Below, one piece after another: positions 53,708 through 63,784 of a stretch of 64,000 nt of DNA (the first letter of the stretch is position 1; the number at the start of each line of letters is the position of its first letter). This stretch comes from Bdellovibrionales bacterium (lineage in GTDB: Bacteria; Bdellovibrionota; Bdellovibrionia; Bdellovibrionales; JAMPXM01), in the NCBI GenBank assembly GCA_005808505.1, contig SYLX01000099.1, forward strand, positions 12,380-76,379. Reading direction: 5' to 3'. Under the pieces are notes generated by a model. It saw only the letters and a list, made by a program, of their open reading frames with translations, had not been told where the DNA came from and did not search any database. The position numbers and the translations under genes were made by a program.

Positions 53708-56700
53708 TTACTTTTCTTTCATCACGCAAACGCCGTCCCAATTCTCCGGGGGCGCCGAGGCGAGGTAGTCTTCGCAGCGCTTGATGTAGAGTTGAGAGAC
53801 TGCGTCATCCGGCGACGCTTCCAGGGCCCGTTGAAAACATTCAATCGCGTCACCGAATCGCTTCTCGTGGTAACGCGTAAAGCCCTCGTTGAAGGCGGTT
53901 AAAAGCGCCTCGAGCTGGGCAGAAACTTTTCCCTCACCCATGAGTTCAAAGATTCTCACGGGCTGCGCTTTTCCTTTGACCCGTACCCAGTCCACTTCGC
54001 GTGTAACGAAGGAGTCTTTGATTTGCGCCTGTGTGAACTCACTGATGATGATGCGTGTACCGTATTGTTTGTTAATACCTTCGAGGCGAGAGCCTAAGTT
54101 CACCGCATCTCCCATGACCGTGTAGCTGCGGACCGTATCCGAGCCCATATTGCCAACGCTCATGTCGCCGCTATTCAGTCCAATTCCGATGTCGATTTCG
54201 GGAAGACCTTTTGCGCGGTAGTTTTCCTGAAGCTCGCGAAGTTTCGAGATCATTTGAAGCGCGCATCGAGCCGCGTGTTTGGCATGGTCCGGGAAATGAA
54301 TCGGAGCGCCCCAGAACGCCATGATCGCATCGCCCATGTATTTGTCGAGCGTGCCTTTGTTTTTAAAAACCAGGTCCGTCATGGGGGTGAGGTAAGAATT
54401 CAAAAGATTTGAAAGCTCACGCGGATCGAGCTTTTCCGAAATCGACGTGAAGCCCCGAACGTCGGAGAACATCACGGTGAGTTCCATCTTCTTCCCGCCG
54501 AGTTCGATGTTTTCGGGATCAGCAAGAACCTCGTTAACGATCGCGGGGCTTACGTATTTTTCGAAAGTACCTTTGAGTTCGCGCTTTTTTCTTTCTTCCG
54601 TGAAGTACTTGAAGAAAGTGAGTGTCACGAAAGTACCGAAGATTTGAATCGTTGGGAAAAGGACCGTTGTCACAATGCCTGAGCGGAAAAGATAGTATTT
54701 ATCGAACGCGTACACGCCCGTGAGGGCGACGCCGGTGATACCTAACCCAGCGATTGAACCAAAGTAAGAAAGAAGCGCCGAGATCGTCAGACCCATGACG
54801 AGAAGAACGATCCACATGATGCGCTCTTCGCCCGGGTGCGAGCGCAAGAAACCAGGCGCCGAGGCGGGAATCCTTTCGCCTTTTGCTCGCGCGTGCTCAA
54901 CCAACAGGTTTGAAAGCGCATTCGCGTGCGTCTCAACTCCTGGGTAGTTCTCCTCAAAAGGTGTGACGCGAAGATCGTAGACGCCGATGGCGGTTGCGCC
55001 GGCGATGAGAATTTTGTCTTTGAGGAATTCCTTTTTGTCGATGCGTTTTGTTTGGATGGTCCAGCGACCAGATTCAGCATCGCGGACCTGTTGTTCAACT
55101 AGAAGATCAGGGCGATCACTGAGAAGATCGGCGGCGCTGACGTAAGGGAACATGTTGCGACCGCCGGAGTAGTTGATCATCATGTCGCCGTGATTATCGA
55201 TCGGAATCGAGAGGATGAAGTTTCCTTGGTTGTCGGAGATCTCAAGCGACTTTAAGATTTTGGCTCGTGCTTCGTTGCGCCCGACGTTTTCAAGATCAAT
55301 CGTAGCGAAGGCGTAGGCGCCGTTATCAACAAGAAAAGACTTGAGAGCAAGTGAGGGCATGTACGCATTTCCGGCGCGCGCAAGGAGCATAGTTCGACGA
55401 ATGCTCCCGTCCGTATCTTGTTTGGCATTGAAGTAGCCGGTATGTTTTGTGACTTCGCCGAGAAGCGGGAAGTTCACCCACCAACGCTCAACACTCTCGA
55501 TGGGATTTGGAAGAGAGTCGCGACGATAACGCTCAAGTGCCGTTTCGAAGGATTCGTTCTTTGCTTCGGCGGGTTCGCGGGACGAAGCTTGAATGGACGC
55601 GAGAATCTTCGGCCAAAGGTTTTGCAAGGCGTGAGAAGCAAATTGTTCCTTGGAGCTTTCGTCATCGCCCCACAAGATCTTGTAACGCTCGAAACTCAAG
55701 AGTTCATCGGCGTCCGTTAGGAAGTGATCGCAATACGTGCTGCTTCCTTTTTTTACGGTTTGTTGCAGGTGAGCGGCTTCTTGCTTTGTAAAGGCCGCGC
55801 CGAAACGGTTGAATACGGTGCGGACAGCTTCATCTGTACCCAATGAAGGGTCGATTTGCTGGAGTAAAGGTTTTGCTCCTTCGAGATCGTTATTCATCCA
55901 CAAAGTCGACAGTCCTGGGTAAGCTTCCGCCGGGAGGAGTGCGGAGAGGTCTTCAAGCGATTCTTGGATTTTCGGCACGATCGACTTATTTTCTTCAAAC
56001 CATTCGTTGGCGCGGACGACGTCGAGAACAACGAAGTAATCACTGAGATGTTGTTTGATCAGCGACGGGAATCGAAGCTGATTCAGAGGCTGATCCACGA
56101 CGGTGATCGGGAGCGCTTCTTTTTTCCAATACCGGCTCTCGTAGGTGCGCTCAAAACGAGCGTCGTAGCAAAATTCGGAATAAGGACGCCGCGATTCGGC
56201 CGCATCGAAATACGCACCGAGGATCAATCGGTCCGCGTGGCGTTTGATTGTGGTCGCGAAGACGCGGTCCCCATCGGTCTGACCAATCTCGGTCTCGATC
56301 ATTCCGCCGAGATCGGGAGTGAGTTTTTGCTGCGAGGCAAGTCCTCGCTTCAGACGGCGAAGTGTGGGGATGGATGAGTTTTGATCTTCTTCAGAGAAAA
56401 CGATATCAAACGCGATGTGTTTAGCGCCGTCAGCAAGCGTTCTTTCGACCAGCGCGGCCATCTTTTCGCGGGGCCACGGCCAGCGGCCTTCTTGTTCGAT
56501 TGAGCGCTCGTCGATGGCCAGGATCGCGACGCGATCAGATCCCAGTTGCTGCCCGCGGTCGGTGAGTCGCCAATCGATGGTCTTTTCGTGGATCTGTTGA
56601 ATCAGCCCGGCGAGCGACTTGTCCTTGCGCGAGACTTGATGGCGGCTTGAGTAGTAATCGAGAGCGGCGTAGATCATCCCGAACGTCACGAGAAGCCCGA

Positions 56701-56749
56701 GCGCAAAGGGTGAAACTAGGTAGGAGAGGAATTTCTTGTATGCTTTCAT
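53708..56749 (-). CDS. CHASE2 sensor-domain class III adenylate/guanylate cyclase
   Basis: ILAIDERSIEQEGRWPWPR...HIAFDIVFSEED (CHASE2), then a TM cluster, then LTVMFSDVRGFTSISE...KYMGDAIMAFWGAP...GLNSGDMSVGNMGS...YTVMGDAVNLGSRLEG. A TPR-like tail follows. Confidence 0.88.
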   Translation of the reverse strand: MKAYKKFLSYLVSPFALGLLVTFGMIYAALDYYSSRHQVSRKDKSLAGLIQQIHEKTIDWRLTDRGQQLGSDRVAILAIDERSIEQEGRWPWPREKMAALVERTLADGAKHIAFDIVFSEEDQNSSIPTLRRLKRGLASQQKLTPDLGGMIETEIGQTDGDRVFATTIKRHADRLILGAYFDAAESRRPYSEFCYDARFERTYESRYWKKEALPITVVDQPLNQLRFPSLIKQHLSDYFVVLDVVRANEWFEENKSIVPKIQESLEDLSALLPAEAYPGLSTLWMNNDLEGAKPLLQQIDPSLGTDEAVRTVFNRFGAAFTKQEAAHLQQTVKKGSSTYCDHFLTDADELLSFERYKILWGDDESSKEQFASHALQNLWPKILASIQASSREPAEAKNESFETALERYRRDSLPNPIESVERWWVNFPLLGEVTKHTGYFNAKQDTDGSIRRTMLLARAGNAYMPSLALKSFLVDNGAYAFATIDLENVGRNEARAKILKSLEISDNQGNFILSIPIDNHGDMMINYSGGRNMFPYVSAADLLSDRPDLLVEQQVRDAESGRWTIQTKRIDKKEFLKDKILIAGATAIGVYDLRVTPFEENYPGVETHANALSNLLVEHARAKGERIPASAPGFLRSHPGEERIMWIVLLVMGLTISALLSYFGSIAGLGITGVALTGVYAFDKYYLFRSGIVTTVLFPTIQIFGTFVTLTFFKYFTEERKKRELKGTFEKYVSPAIVNEVLADPENIELGGKKMELTVMFSDVRGFTSISEKLDPRELSNLLNSYLTPMTDLVFKNKGTLDKYMGDAIMAFWGAPIHFPDHAKHAARCALQMISKLRELQENYRAKGLPEIDIGIGLNSGDMSVGNMGSDTVRSYTVMGDAVNLGSRLEGINKQYGTRIIISEFTQAQIKDSFVTREVDWVRVKGKAQPVRIFELMGEGKVSAQLEALLTAFNEGFTRYHEKRFGDAIECFQRALEASPDDAVSQLYIKRCEDYLASAPPENWDGVCVMKEK

Positions 56750-56983
56750 GGGCGAAAACCGCGGCTCCTGATTTTTATCCCGGCGGACTCAGCGAGGAAT
56801 CTAAATAAACATCGGTTGTTTCGCTCATCTGGCTGAGGTCTGGGGAGTCCAGGTTGCAGCACGCCAGCGCCTAGTAAAAAAACATCTAGTCGAAATCTAG
56901 CCCTCAAAGCTCATTCACGATCTCTTAACATCGCGCTATGATCTGACTAAGGTCGCGTTCGATCGATGAACAGGAGTCATTTC

Positions 56984-57508
56984 ATGCAGGCTCGAATCAC
57001 CCAAAGAAACGACATCGTCGTTCTCCATCTTGCAGGCCGAGTCGATGTCGAGACGGCGGAACCTTTCCGTCGAGCCTGCATGACGCAGCTTCTTGGGCGA
57101 CAAGTGATCTTTGATTTCACCTCGCTGAGCTTTGTCGGAAGTTCCGGAATATTACCGTTTCTCGAGACGCTGCAAGATTTCGCCGATAAAAATAAAGCGC
57201 CGTTTAAATTTAGCGGAGTTGGTGTTGAATTCCGGAAAGTGTTTTCTGCGACGACGCTAAACTCGATTGAAATTCACGAGACGGAAGCGAGCGCGATTGA
57301 AGCGTTTTTAAATCCTAAGCCTCGGCACCAGGCAGCTGCGTTTGCCGCGCCTGTAGCAGATGATGCTGTCTCAGAACAGGCACCTGCGAGCTATGGTTTA
57401 CTTTCATTGAAAGTGGACGCGGGATCAGAGGCGCCAGCCAAACCCTTGACCGGCACGGCGGCCAAAATAGCTTTGGCCGATGACGACGAAACAGAGTCCT
57501 CGTATTAA
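56984..57508 (+). CDS. STAS-domain protein (anti-sigma-factor-antagonist-like) with an acidic Ala-rich tail
   Basis: AGGAG lies 7 nt upstream of ATG 56984. IVVLHLAGRVDVETAEPFRRA...FDFTSLSFVGSSGILPFLE. An alternative ATG lies at 56966. Confidence 0.7.
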   Translation: MQARITQRNDIVVLHLAGRVDVETAEPFRRACMTQLLGRQVIFDFTSLSFVGSSGILPFLETLQDFADKNKAPFKFSGVGVEFRKVFSATTLNSIEIHETEASAIEAFLNPKPRHQAAAFAAPVADDAVSEQAPASYGLLSLKVDAGSEAPAKPLTGTAAKIALADDDETESSY

Positions 57509-58584
57509 CAGTCGAGCGTTGTTCCGGTCTCACCGGATGGCGATAAAGACTTCTTCTCTTTCAACTGGCGGCTGAGCTCTTGATTGAGGCGGTTGAGAGC
57601 TTCGTGCTGCAACTTCGAATTTTCCATTTTCTTCTCGGTCTCTGCCCACACCGTCTGAAGGCTTTCAAACTGGTCACGGAGTTTTGAGAGTTCCAGTTCA
57701 GCCACTGCTTGAGCATCTTTTGCCGAATTGATCTCTTGAGCGCGAGTCTCGGCCTCCTTTTTGAGGAGCTGGCACTTTTCGTTCAGATCAAGAACTTGTC
57801 GCTCGAGGTAGATGTTGCGATTTTCCGCATCGGCCCGTTTTTCCGTCGCGACTTCAAAACGCGAAGCCTTATCGCGCAAAAGCTGCGTTTCGGTCCGGAG
57901 TTTCTCGAGTTCCGCGGACATTTCCGTTTGCGATTTCTCGTAATGCTCAACAAGTCTTGTTTGATCGCGAGCGGACTTTCTCTCGAGCTCGCGAACTTCA
58001 TCGAGGGCCTCGCTGAGTTTGGCGCGCAAATCGCTCACGGCCGCTTCGCGAGCGAATACCGTCGCCCTTTCGGCCTTGAGTTGCGATTTCAAGCGATCGA
58101 CAAAGGGGCGTACGATGGAGCGGATCCGCGAACGATAGCGCTCGCTCGGGCGCAGGGTTTCGATGCGTTCTTCGGCGGCGTCGAGCATTGTCTTTAGAAG
58201 CGTGATCTCTTCTTTCAAATCGTCTTGTTGATTTTCGGCGCGGGCCGTTTTCTCGCGGAGAAGTTTGTCTTTCTCCTGAAGAATTTGAAGCTGAGACATC
58301 AGGGATTGATTTGCGCGCATCAGCTCTCCGCCGACGCGCTCGTGTTCCATGATTTGTTGCTCAAGAACGCTGTTGCGGCGAATGTTGACCTTCAATCGAG
58401 CCATGAGGTCATCGTTTTGACCGATGAGCGTTTCCACCGTGCCCGAGTGAAGGATGTGAGCGGGGAGTCGTGAAAGATCCGGCGCCGCGGGAAGTTCGGT
58501 CGGAAGCGGAATGGGAAGTGGTGAGTGTTGGTCGCGGTCCCGTGAGCTTGCGCCCATCTGCATCCTCCGGAAAATTCCGATCAA
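57505..58584 (-). CDS. long coiled-coil protein
   Basis: 359-aa ORF. From about residue 60 onward the sequence is heptad-like and rich in Glu/Lys/Arg/Leu/Gln. A Pro-rich N-terminus precedes it. No family recognised. Confidence 0.65.
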   Translation of the reverse strand: MIGIFRRMQMGASSRDRDQHSPLPIPLPTELPAAPDLSRLPAHILHSGTVETLIGQNDDLMARLKVNIRRNSVLEQQIMEHERVGGELMRANQSLMSQLQILQEKDKLLREKTARAENQQDDLKEEITLLKTMLDAAEERIETLRPSERYRSRIRSIVRPFVDRLKSQLKAERATVFAREAAVSDLRAKLSEALDEVRELERKSARDQTRLVEHYEKSQTEMSAELEKLRTETQLLRDKASRFEVATEKRADAENRNIYLERQVLDLNEKCQLLKKEAETRAQEINSAKDAQAVAELELSKLRDQFESLQTVWAETEKKMENSKLQHEALNRLNQELSRQLKEKKSLSPSGETGTTLDC

Positions 58585-58718
58585 GCCCGCGTTCGATTCG
58601 AAACATAGACGGCAAACGGGCTAGGTCTGGTTCAACCTTAATCGTCTCAAAACCAAACGGATTTTGCCAAACGGCGCGTGGTCGAGGTCTAGCTTTGAGT
58701 CTTAGCGCGAAGTTCTCG

Positions 58719-59360
58719 ATGGTGAATCTATCAACTCCCGTCCAGGCGGCCGATAAGGACGTCATGGGTTCGAAGGCCGTTGATGTCGCACTAAAACAAG
58801 TTGAGCAGCAGCAGGAACGGGAGCTGACTACCAAGTTCTCCGCCCGCATGAAGGCGAGCGTCCGCGATATCGGTCAAGTCGACACGATGAGGCATACGAT
58901 TTTGTCGCACGTTGCGACCGAAAACTACGAGCGAGCTATCGAAGAGCTTCGTCGCTACTGCGATGCCAAAGCCGCTTATCCGCAGTTCTCGGTCCGCTCC
59001 GAGCGCTATTCTAAATACGCAGTCGATCTGATCAACGCTGTTAAAGCGAAGCGTTCTTTTCCTGGGCTCCACCATTTGGCGATGTCGAAGCAGCAAGAAT
59101 TGTTCGATCGGGCGATGGAGCACTTTGACGATCTCAAAGCCACGCTTCGAAAAATTGAGCAAATCGATCGTGAAGTAAAACTTGAAGATGTGCGTTCAAC
59201 CGTCTTGGTCGTAAAGGCGATGATCTATTCAGCCTTCGCCGTCTTGGTCGTGGGATTTTTGATGGAGATTTCGCGCGGCGTTTTGCCCGCCGCCTTTGTT
59301 GTCGTCGACTCGAGCTTCGGAGAGCTTACAAATTGGCTCTTCGATAAGCTCGGTCTCTAA
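58719..59360 (+). CDS. hypothetical protein with a C-terminal TM segment
   Basis: I chose the start at ATG 58719, because the track start at 58470 overlaps the divergent coiled-coil gene. The helical body is followed by VLVVKAMIYSAFAVLVVGFLMEI. Confidence 0.5.
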   Translation: MVNLSTPVQAADKDVMGSKAVDVALKQVEQQQERELTTKFSARMKASVRDIGQVDTMRHTILSHVATENYERAIEELRRYCDAKAAYPQFSVRSERYSKYAVDLINAVKAKRSFPGLHHLAMSKQQELFDRAMEHFDDLKATLRKIEQIDREVKLEDVRSTVLVVKAMIYSAFAVLVVGFLMEISRGVLPAAFVVVDSSFGELTNWLFDKLGL

Positions 59361-59453
59361 ATTCCTCTTGGGACTTCTAGTAATGACCCGTTCACTCGTC
59401 GGAATTTCGTGAGGTAGCGCGAAACCGTAAGGCTCACGCTACCTTCAAGCATT

Positions 59454-60812
59454 TCACTTCGAAGTCGTCAAATTTTGGTGAACGCCTGAGAGAACCGAAA
59501 GCACTTGGCCGGCTTGCAGTTTTCGTCCGTTCACATAAATGGTCGGGGTGCCTTGAAGATTAAGTCCAACGCCAACATCCGCCTGTTTTTTAACAGCCTC
59601 TTTCGCTTCGTCGGAATCTGCGCAAGTCGCAAGTTGATCAGCTGCGATCCCGCTTGCTGAGGCAATCTCCGCGTACGCGCCTTTGATCGCATCGACCGAA
59701 ACCCAACGTTCTTGATTTTCGAAAACGTAGTCGTGTGCCGACCAACCTTTACCGGTTCCGGGTGCCGCTTTTTCTGCGCAGTAAACTGTACGGGCAAGAA
59801 GGCAGGAAGCATTGTTCGCGCGGGAGATGGCGCTGTTGCATTCGCCATCTAGAGGCCAGGCCTGGAACTCGAGGCGCGTATCCGGATGCGCATTTACGAA
59901 GGCTTTCAATACGGGCGAGGCGTGCTTGCAATGGATGCAGCGGAAGTCCGCGAACTCAACGATCGTCATCTTCGCATTTTCGGGACTAGCGCCTTTTACG
60001 AGAGGCTGGAGCGTGTTGATCTGCACCTGCGGGCTTGAAGCCCACTCTGCGACTTTTTCTTGAACAAAGGGACCCATGTCGCGGAAACCGTATGATTTTT
60101 TCACCTGGTCGTTGGCGATCATCGACCCGACGGCCCCGATGGCAGCGAGCACCAAGACCGGCGTAAGGTCCGAAAATTGAAACCCAGGAATCGAGAGAGC
60201 TTTGGTGCCGCGCGAGGCGCTCGGACGAAGAGCGAGCCAAGCAGCGCCGAACGAGATGAAGGAAAGCACGTACGCCAAGATACAGAAGGGACAAAGTTTC
60301 TGAATCAAGAAACTTGATACGGCGCCCATCACGATCGAGGCGATCGCGATGAAACCTGAGACGAGTAAAATATTTCGGCGGGCCGCCGGCTTTTTGTTTT
60401 CGTCCGTCATCGGCCACCAAGCGAGCAGAAGGAGGAGAACTAGGTTCGCCGCTGCTCCCCACATCGCCATCGGAACGCCGAGAAACTCAGAGTACTTGCT
60501 TGCTGAAACAGCCGCGCAACTCATGGTCTCGCTGATATCGCAGAGACTCTTGCCACCAGCTTCGCCAAAGCGAAGACGGTAATGTTCGGCGAGCAAATAG
60601 CCGTGGTCCAGAATGGCCAATGCGGTACTCGCGATTGCGACCCAGAGGAAAGTCTTGGTCGAAGCCTGAGAGCCGCGCGAGCTGCCAGAATTTTTGGAAG
60701 AAGCACCCGGATACTTTGAGGAGGTCTCGTTGGTGTTTGTCACGATCGGATTACAACCAATCTTTTTTGTTAAATCAAGAAGATCTGCCACAATGGAGAA
60801 GAAGGAGCTCAA
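59454..60812 (-). CDS. VKOR-domain / DsbA-like thioredoxin fusion protein
   Basis: The membrane N-terminal half carries CDISETMSC and CPFC (the VKOR cysteine pairs). The C-terminal half carries FADFRCIHCKHA (DsbA-type CxxC). The track start is a TTG without a Shine-Dalgarno, so the start is uncertain. Confidence 0.8.
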   Translation of the reverse strand: MSSFFSIVADLLDLTKKIGCNPIVTNTNETSSKYPGASSKNSGSSRGSQASTKTFLWVAIASTALAILDHGYLLAEHYRLRFGEAGGKSLCDISETMSCAAVSASKYSEFLGVPMAMWGAAANLVLLLLLAWWPMTDENKKPAARRNILLVSGFIAIASIVMGAVSSFLIQKLCPFCILAYVLSFISFGAAWLALRPSASRGTKALSIPGFQFSDLTPVLVLAAIGAVGSMIANDQVKKSYGFRDMGPFVQEKVAEWASSPQVQINTLQPLVKGASPENAKMTIVEFADFRCIHCKHASPVLKAFVNAHPDTRLEFQAWPLDGECNSAISRANNASCLLARTVYCAEKAAPGTGKGWSAHDYVFENQERWVSVDAIKGAYAEIASASGIAADQLATCADSDEAKEAVKKQADVGVGLNLQGTPTIYVNGRKLQAGQVLSVLSGVHQNLTTSK

Positions 60813-60824
60813 GGCAAAAAGACG

Positions 60825-62480
60825 ATGAGAAAGCCCGCTCGAGTTAAACCTGATCTAACGTGGATCCGTGCACGCCAAGCTTTGTTGACGCAAGTCAAAG
60901 CGGAGGTTCAGTCGCGTCTAGGTGACGAAAGCGACGATGTGCGCGCCTACCGGCTGCGCTATGAGTCGGAATTTCGGCGCAGCTGGAAGCTTTCGAGTAA
61001 ATCGGAGTTGATCGGAGAAATCGAACGAGCTGATCTTGTTTACGGAGCGGATTTTCATGCGCTTGGACAGTCGCAGCGAACCCATTTGAAGATTCTTAGA
61101 GATCTTCAAGCGGTTGACCGGCCCGTGACGCTCGCTCTCGAATGTTTTGGCGTCAACGTACAGAAGTGGCTTGATCTCTATACCTCGGGAGCCATCTCGC
61201 TCGAGGAGCTTCGCAAACGCTCGCGCTGGGAGAAGAGTTGGGGGTTTCCTTGGGAAAACTATCGACCTCTCTTGGAACTCGCGAAAAAAAAGGGTTTCCA
61301 GCTCCTGGCGCTCAATGAGCCCGCGGGGTCCAGGCATCACGCGAGTCTCGAAGTCCGCGAGCGAAACGCAAGTCTGCGTATCCGCGATGCGTATCTGCGA
61401 AGTCCAGCTTCTTTGCTCTACATTCTCTTCGGCGATCTCCATTTAGCGGAATCGCACCTTCCGAAATTGGTCCGCGATCAATTTCGCGCAAGCTTTCAAC
61501 TTCGCGATTTGATCGTGCATCTGAATTCGGAGCGAATTTATTTTCAGCTTGCGCGAAAAGGTCTCGAGCTCAGTACCGATGTCGTAAAGCTCGGACGCAA
61601 CCGCTACTGCGTGATGAGTTCGCCGCCTTGGGTTCAATGGCAGAGCTATCTGCTTTTCTTGGAAAGAGCGGATGACTCAAATCTCGATCGAGGTGACGAA
61701 GCGGCTGCCGAAGACTTCGACCCAACTGATCAAGTGGCGGGGCTTATTCAACTTGCAGCCCGTGATCTGGGGCTTGAGAAGTTCAAGCTCGATGATCTCT
61801 CGGTTTATCCAGGGGATGACAATCTTATCTGGCAGCAACTCGAGCACAGGCTCAAACGCTCGGAGATTGAGTGCGCGCGTGGTCTTTTAGCGGCCGGTCG
61901 CAGTTTTTTTGTTCCCTCTTCAGGAAGCGGCTTTCTCGCCCGCGCGACGATCAACCACGCAGCAGGTCTTGCGGGCCAATACGTTCACGCAAAACTTTCG
62001 GGGAGAAAGCGACTTCTCTGGAATATGCCCACCGATTTCCCGGCGCTCATCTGGGTGGAGGCCGTCGCCTATTTTTTTTCTAAGCTCATCAATCATAAAC
62101 GTCAGTCCGAAACGCTCACGGATTTGAAGGCGCAACTTGCACTGGCCGGGCCCGCTGAGCAGGGGCGTGAGGCGATGCGTTTGGCGCTCGATCAGTTCAT
62201 GAGTGAGCTAGTGTGGATCAAGCAGGGGCGTCGACGCGCTCTTCAAGTGCGGGCGCGTAGGAAGGCGAGTTACTTAGAAGCTGCGCGAATTCTTGGGGGG
62301 ATGATGGGCGAAAGACTCTATCTGGCGCATCGATCTCGGGCTTTGAGCGAAAGGGAGATCGTACAGTATCTCCGGTGTGACGTGACGGCTAAAGGTTTCC
62401 TAAAAGATTACGAACAAATCTTGCGAGAGATTGGTCCGCTTCAAGCAGCGCCAACGCCAAGCAAGCGGGAAAGGTTGTGA
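60825..62480 (+). CDS. ChaN/Tiki-superfamily-like protein (N-terminal domain) with an unknown C-terminal half
   Basis: ADLVYGADFHALGQSQRTHLKIL...VTLALECF...W...W..Y.PLLELAKKKG...LN.P and FGDLHLAESHLP resemble the ChaN (Cofac_haem_bdg) pattern. The assignment is from memory only. Confidence 0.45.
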   Translation: MRKPARVKPDLTWIRARQALLTQVKAEVQSRLGDESDDVRAYRLRYESEFRRSWKLSSKSELIGEIERADLVYGADFHALGQSQRTHLKILRDLQAVDRPVTLALECFGVNVQKWLDLYTSGAISLEELRKRSRWEKSWGFPWENYRPLLELAKKKGFQLLALNEPAGSRHHASLEVRERNASLRIRDAYLRSPASLLYILFGDLHLAESHLPKLVRDQFRASFQLRDLIVHLNSERIYFQLARKGLELSTDVVKLGRNRYCVMSSPPWVQWQSYLLFLERADDSNLDRGDEAAAEDFDPTDQVAGLIQLAARDLGLEKFKLDDLSVYPGDDNLIWQQLEHRLKRSEIECARGLLAAGRSFFVPSSGSGFLARATINHAAGLAGQYVHAKLSGRKRLLWNMPTDFPALIWVEAVAYFFSKLINHKRQSETLTDLKAQLALAGPAEQGREAMRLALDQFMSELVWIKQGRRRALQVRARRKASYLEAARILGGMMGERLYLAHRSRALSEREIVQYLRCDVTAKGFLKDYEQILREIGPLQAAPTPSKRERL

Positions 62481-63784
62481 TGGCGATGATAAAGGACGAG
62501 TGGATCCTTCTCATCAATAACCAGATGGACGGACCGTTCACGACGGCGCAGGTGGCCGCTAAGCTGGCTGCAGGTGAAGTCTCTTTCGCGTGCGTCGCCT
62601 GGCGTGAGGGATTTGCATCTTGGAAGCGGTTAGGAGAACTCTCGGAATTCGATCGACGTCCTGCAAGACCTGTCGAACTCAAAACTCAATCGCCCGCTGC
62701 CGGTTCGTCCGAAGCGAATTCTTTTCTTCCTTCATCTGACGAATTGCTCAAGAGCGTTTTCCGAAGAGAGGGGATATCTCGTCCCTCCTTAGTCAAAGTT
62801 GACTTCGTCGAAGAGGATCGTCCTGCCGACGCGATTGGTGATGATTTGATCGGTCCACTTCCGTGGATGAAGAAACTTTCGATCGTGTTCGTGCTTGCAG
62901 CGGGTTTGCAGATCGCGTCTAGCACGACGCACGCGGCTCCGAAAGATCCTTCCGGTGAGGTTCCTGCCGCCGTGGTCGGTCCGGCAAAGAAGTTCGAGGT
63001 CCTCGGGATTGCGCCGAGCTTTTCGGGGAAGAAGGCGACTCTTCGTTTTCAAACGTCAGGATTTCAAGAGATCTCCGTGCGCCGTCTCATCGTTCGCGTG
63101 GTAGCGAGACCAGGCGACATCGTCGGACGCCTTCGCTACGATCGGACGATTAAAAAAGTGAAGAACGAAGGTTCGATGATGATCGTCGAATTGGGTCGCG
63201 AATCGCTGAATGAAGGTCGTTACAGATTGAAAATCGAAGATTCGAAGAACCCAGTGCAAGCAGCGACCGGAGAATTTTTCTGGGGCGAGCGCAGCGCAGA
63301 GTTTGAAAAGCGTCTCCAGGCCTATCTCAAGTCAGTCTCGGATCAGTTGCAAAGAGAGAAGAAGGCACTTTTCTACTCGGCTGAAAATCTTGAGCGTCTA
63401 GCTCGCGAGGCGACCGTGCTATCGGATCCGAATAGCCGCGAGCCGCTTCGTCAGCAAGTCATCAATGTCGATAGAGGAATTGCGCATCTCTCCAAAAGTT
63501 TTCAACCGAATCGATCGGCCTTCTTGGAAGAGTATGAAGGCCTTCGCGCGCTTTCTCGCGCTCTTTTGATGTCGATGAGTGGGCAGGGACAACACGTGCG
63601 CGCTAACGATGCGAATCGAAGGTCGCCGAGGGCTCGGTCTATTGCGAGTGCGGATGAACGCGATCTTGTTTCTGAAATTCGAGCTTTCAAAATCAAGATC
63701 GCTGAACTGAGTTTATTTAATCAATCAGCCGACACGGCCGCCGATCGAGAAGCTGCGCGCAGCCAGCCGAGCGAAAAGATCTAG
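62477..63784 (+). CDS. GYF_2 (DUF4339) domain membrane protein
   Basis: GTGA overlap with the upstream gene. [48 protein letters not shown] is a typical GYF_2 domain. There is one TM segment ([16 protein letters not shown]). Confidence 0.6.
   Translation: MMAMIKDEWILLINNQMDGPFTTAQVAAKLAAGEVSFACVAWREGFASWKRLGELSEFDRRPARPVELKTQSPAAGSSEANSFLPSSDELLKSVFRREGISRPSLVKVDFVEEDRPADAIGDDLIGPLPWMKKLSIVFVLAAGLQIASSTTHAAPKDPSGEVPAAVVGPAKKFEVLGIAPSFSGKKATLRFQTSGFQEISVRRLIVRVVARPGDIVGRLRYDRTIKKVKNEGSMMIVELGRESLNEGRYRLKIEDSKNPVQAATGEFFWGERSAEFEKRLQAYLKSVSDQLQREKKALFYSAENLERLAREATVLSDPNSREPLRQQVINVDRGIAHLSKSFQPNRSAFLEEYEGLRALSRALLMSMSGQGQHVRANDANRRSPRARSIASADERDLVSEIRAFKIKIAELSLFNQSADTAADREAARSQPSEKI

Noticed and set aside
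53708-56749. Considered the class III cyclase as a Pycsar/CBASS-like defence cyclase.
   Set aside because: It has a CHASE2 sensor, a TM cluster and a TPR-like tail, typical of signalling cyclases. No adjacent effector gene is present, and the neighbours are lptD and a STAS protein.
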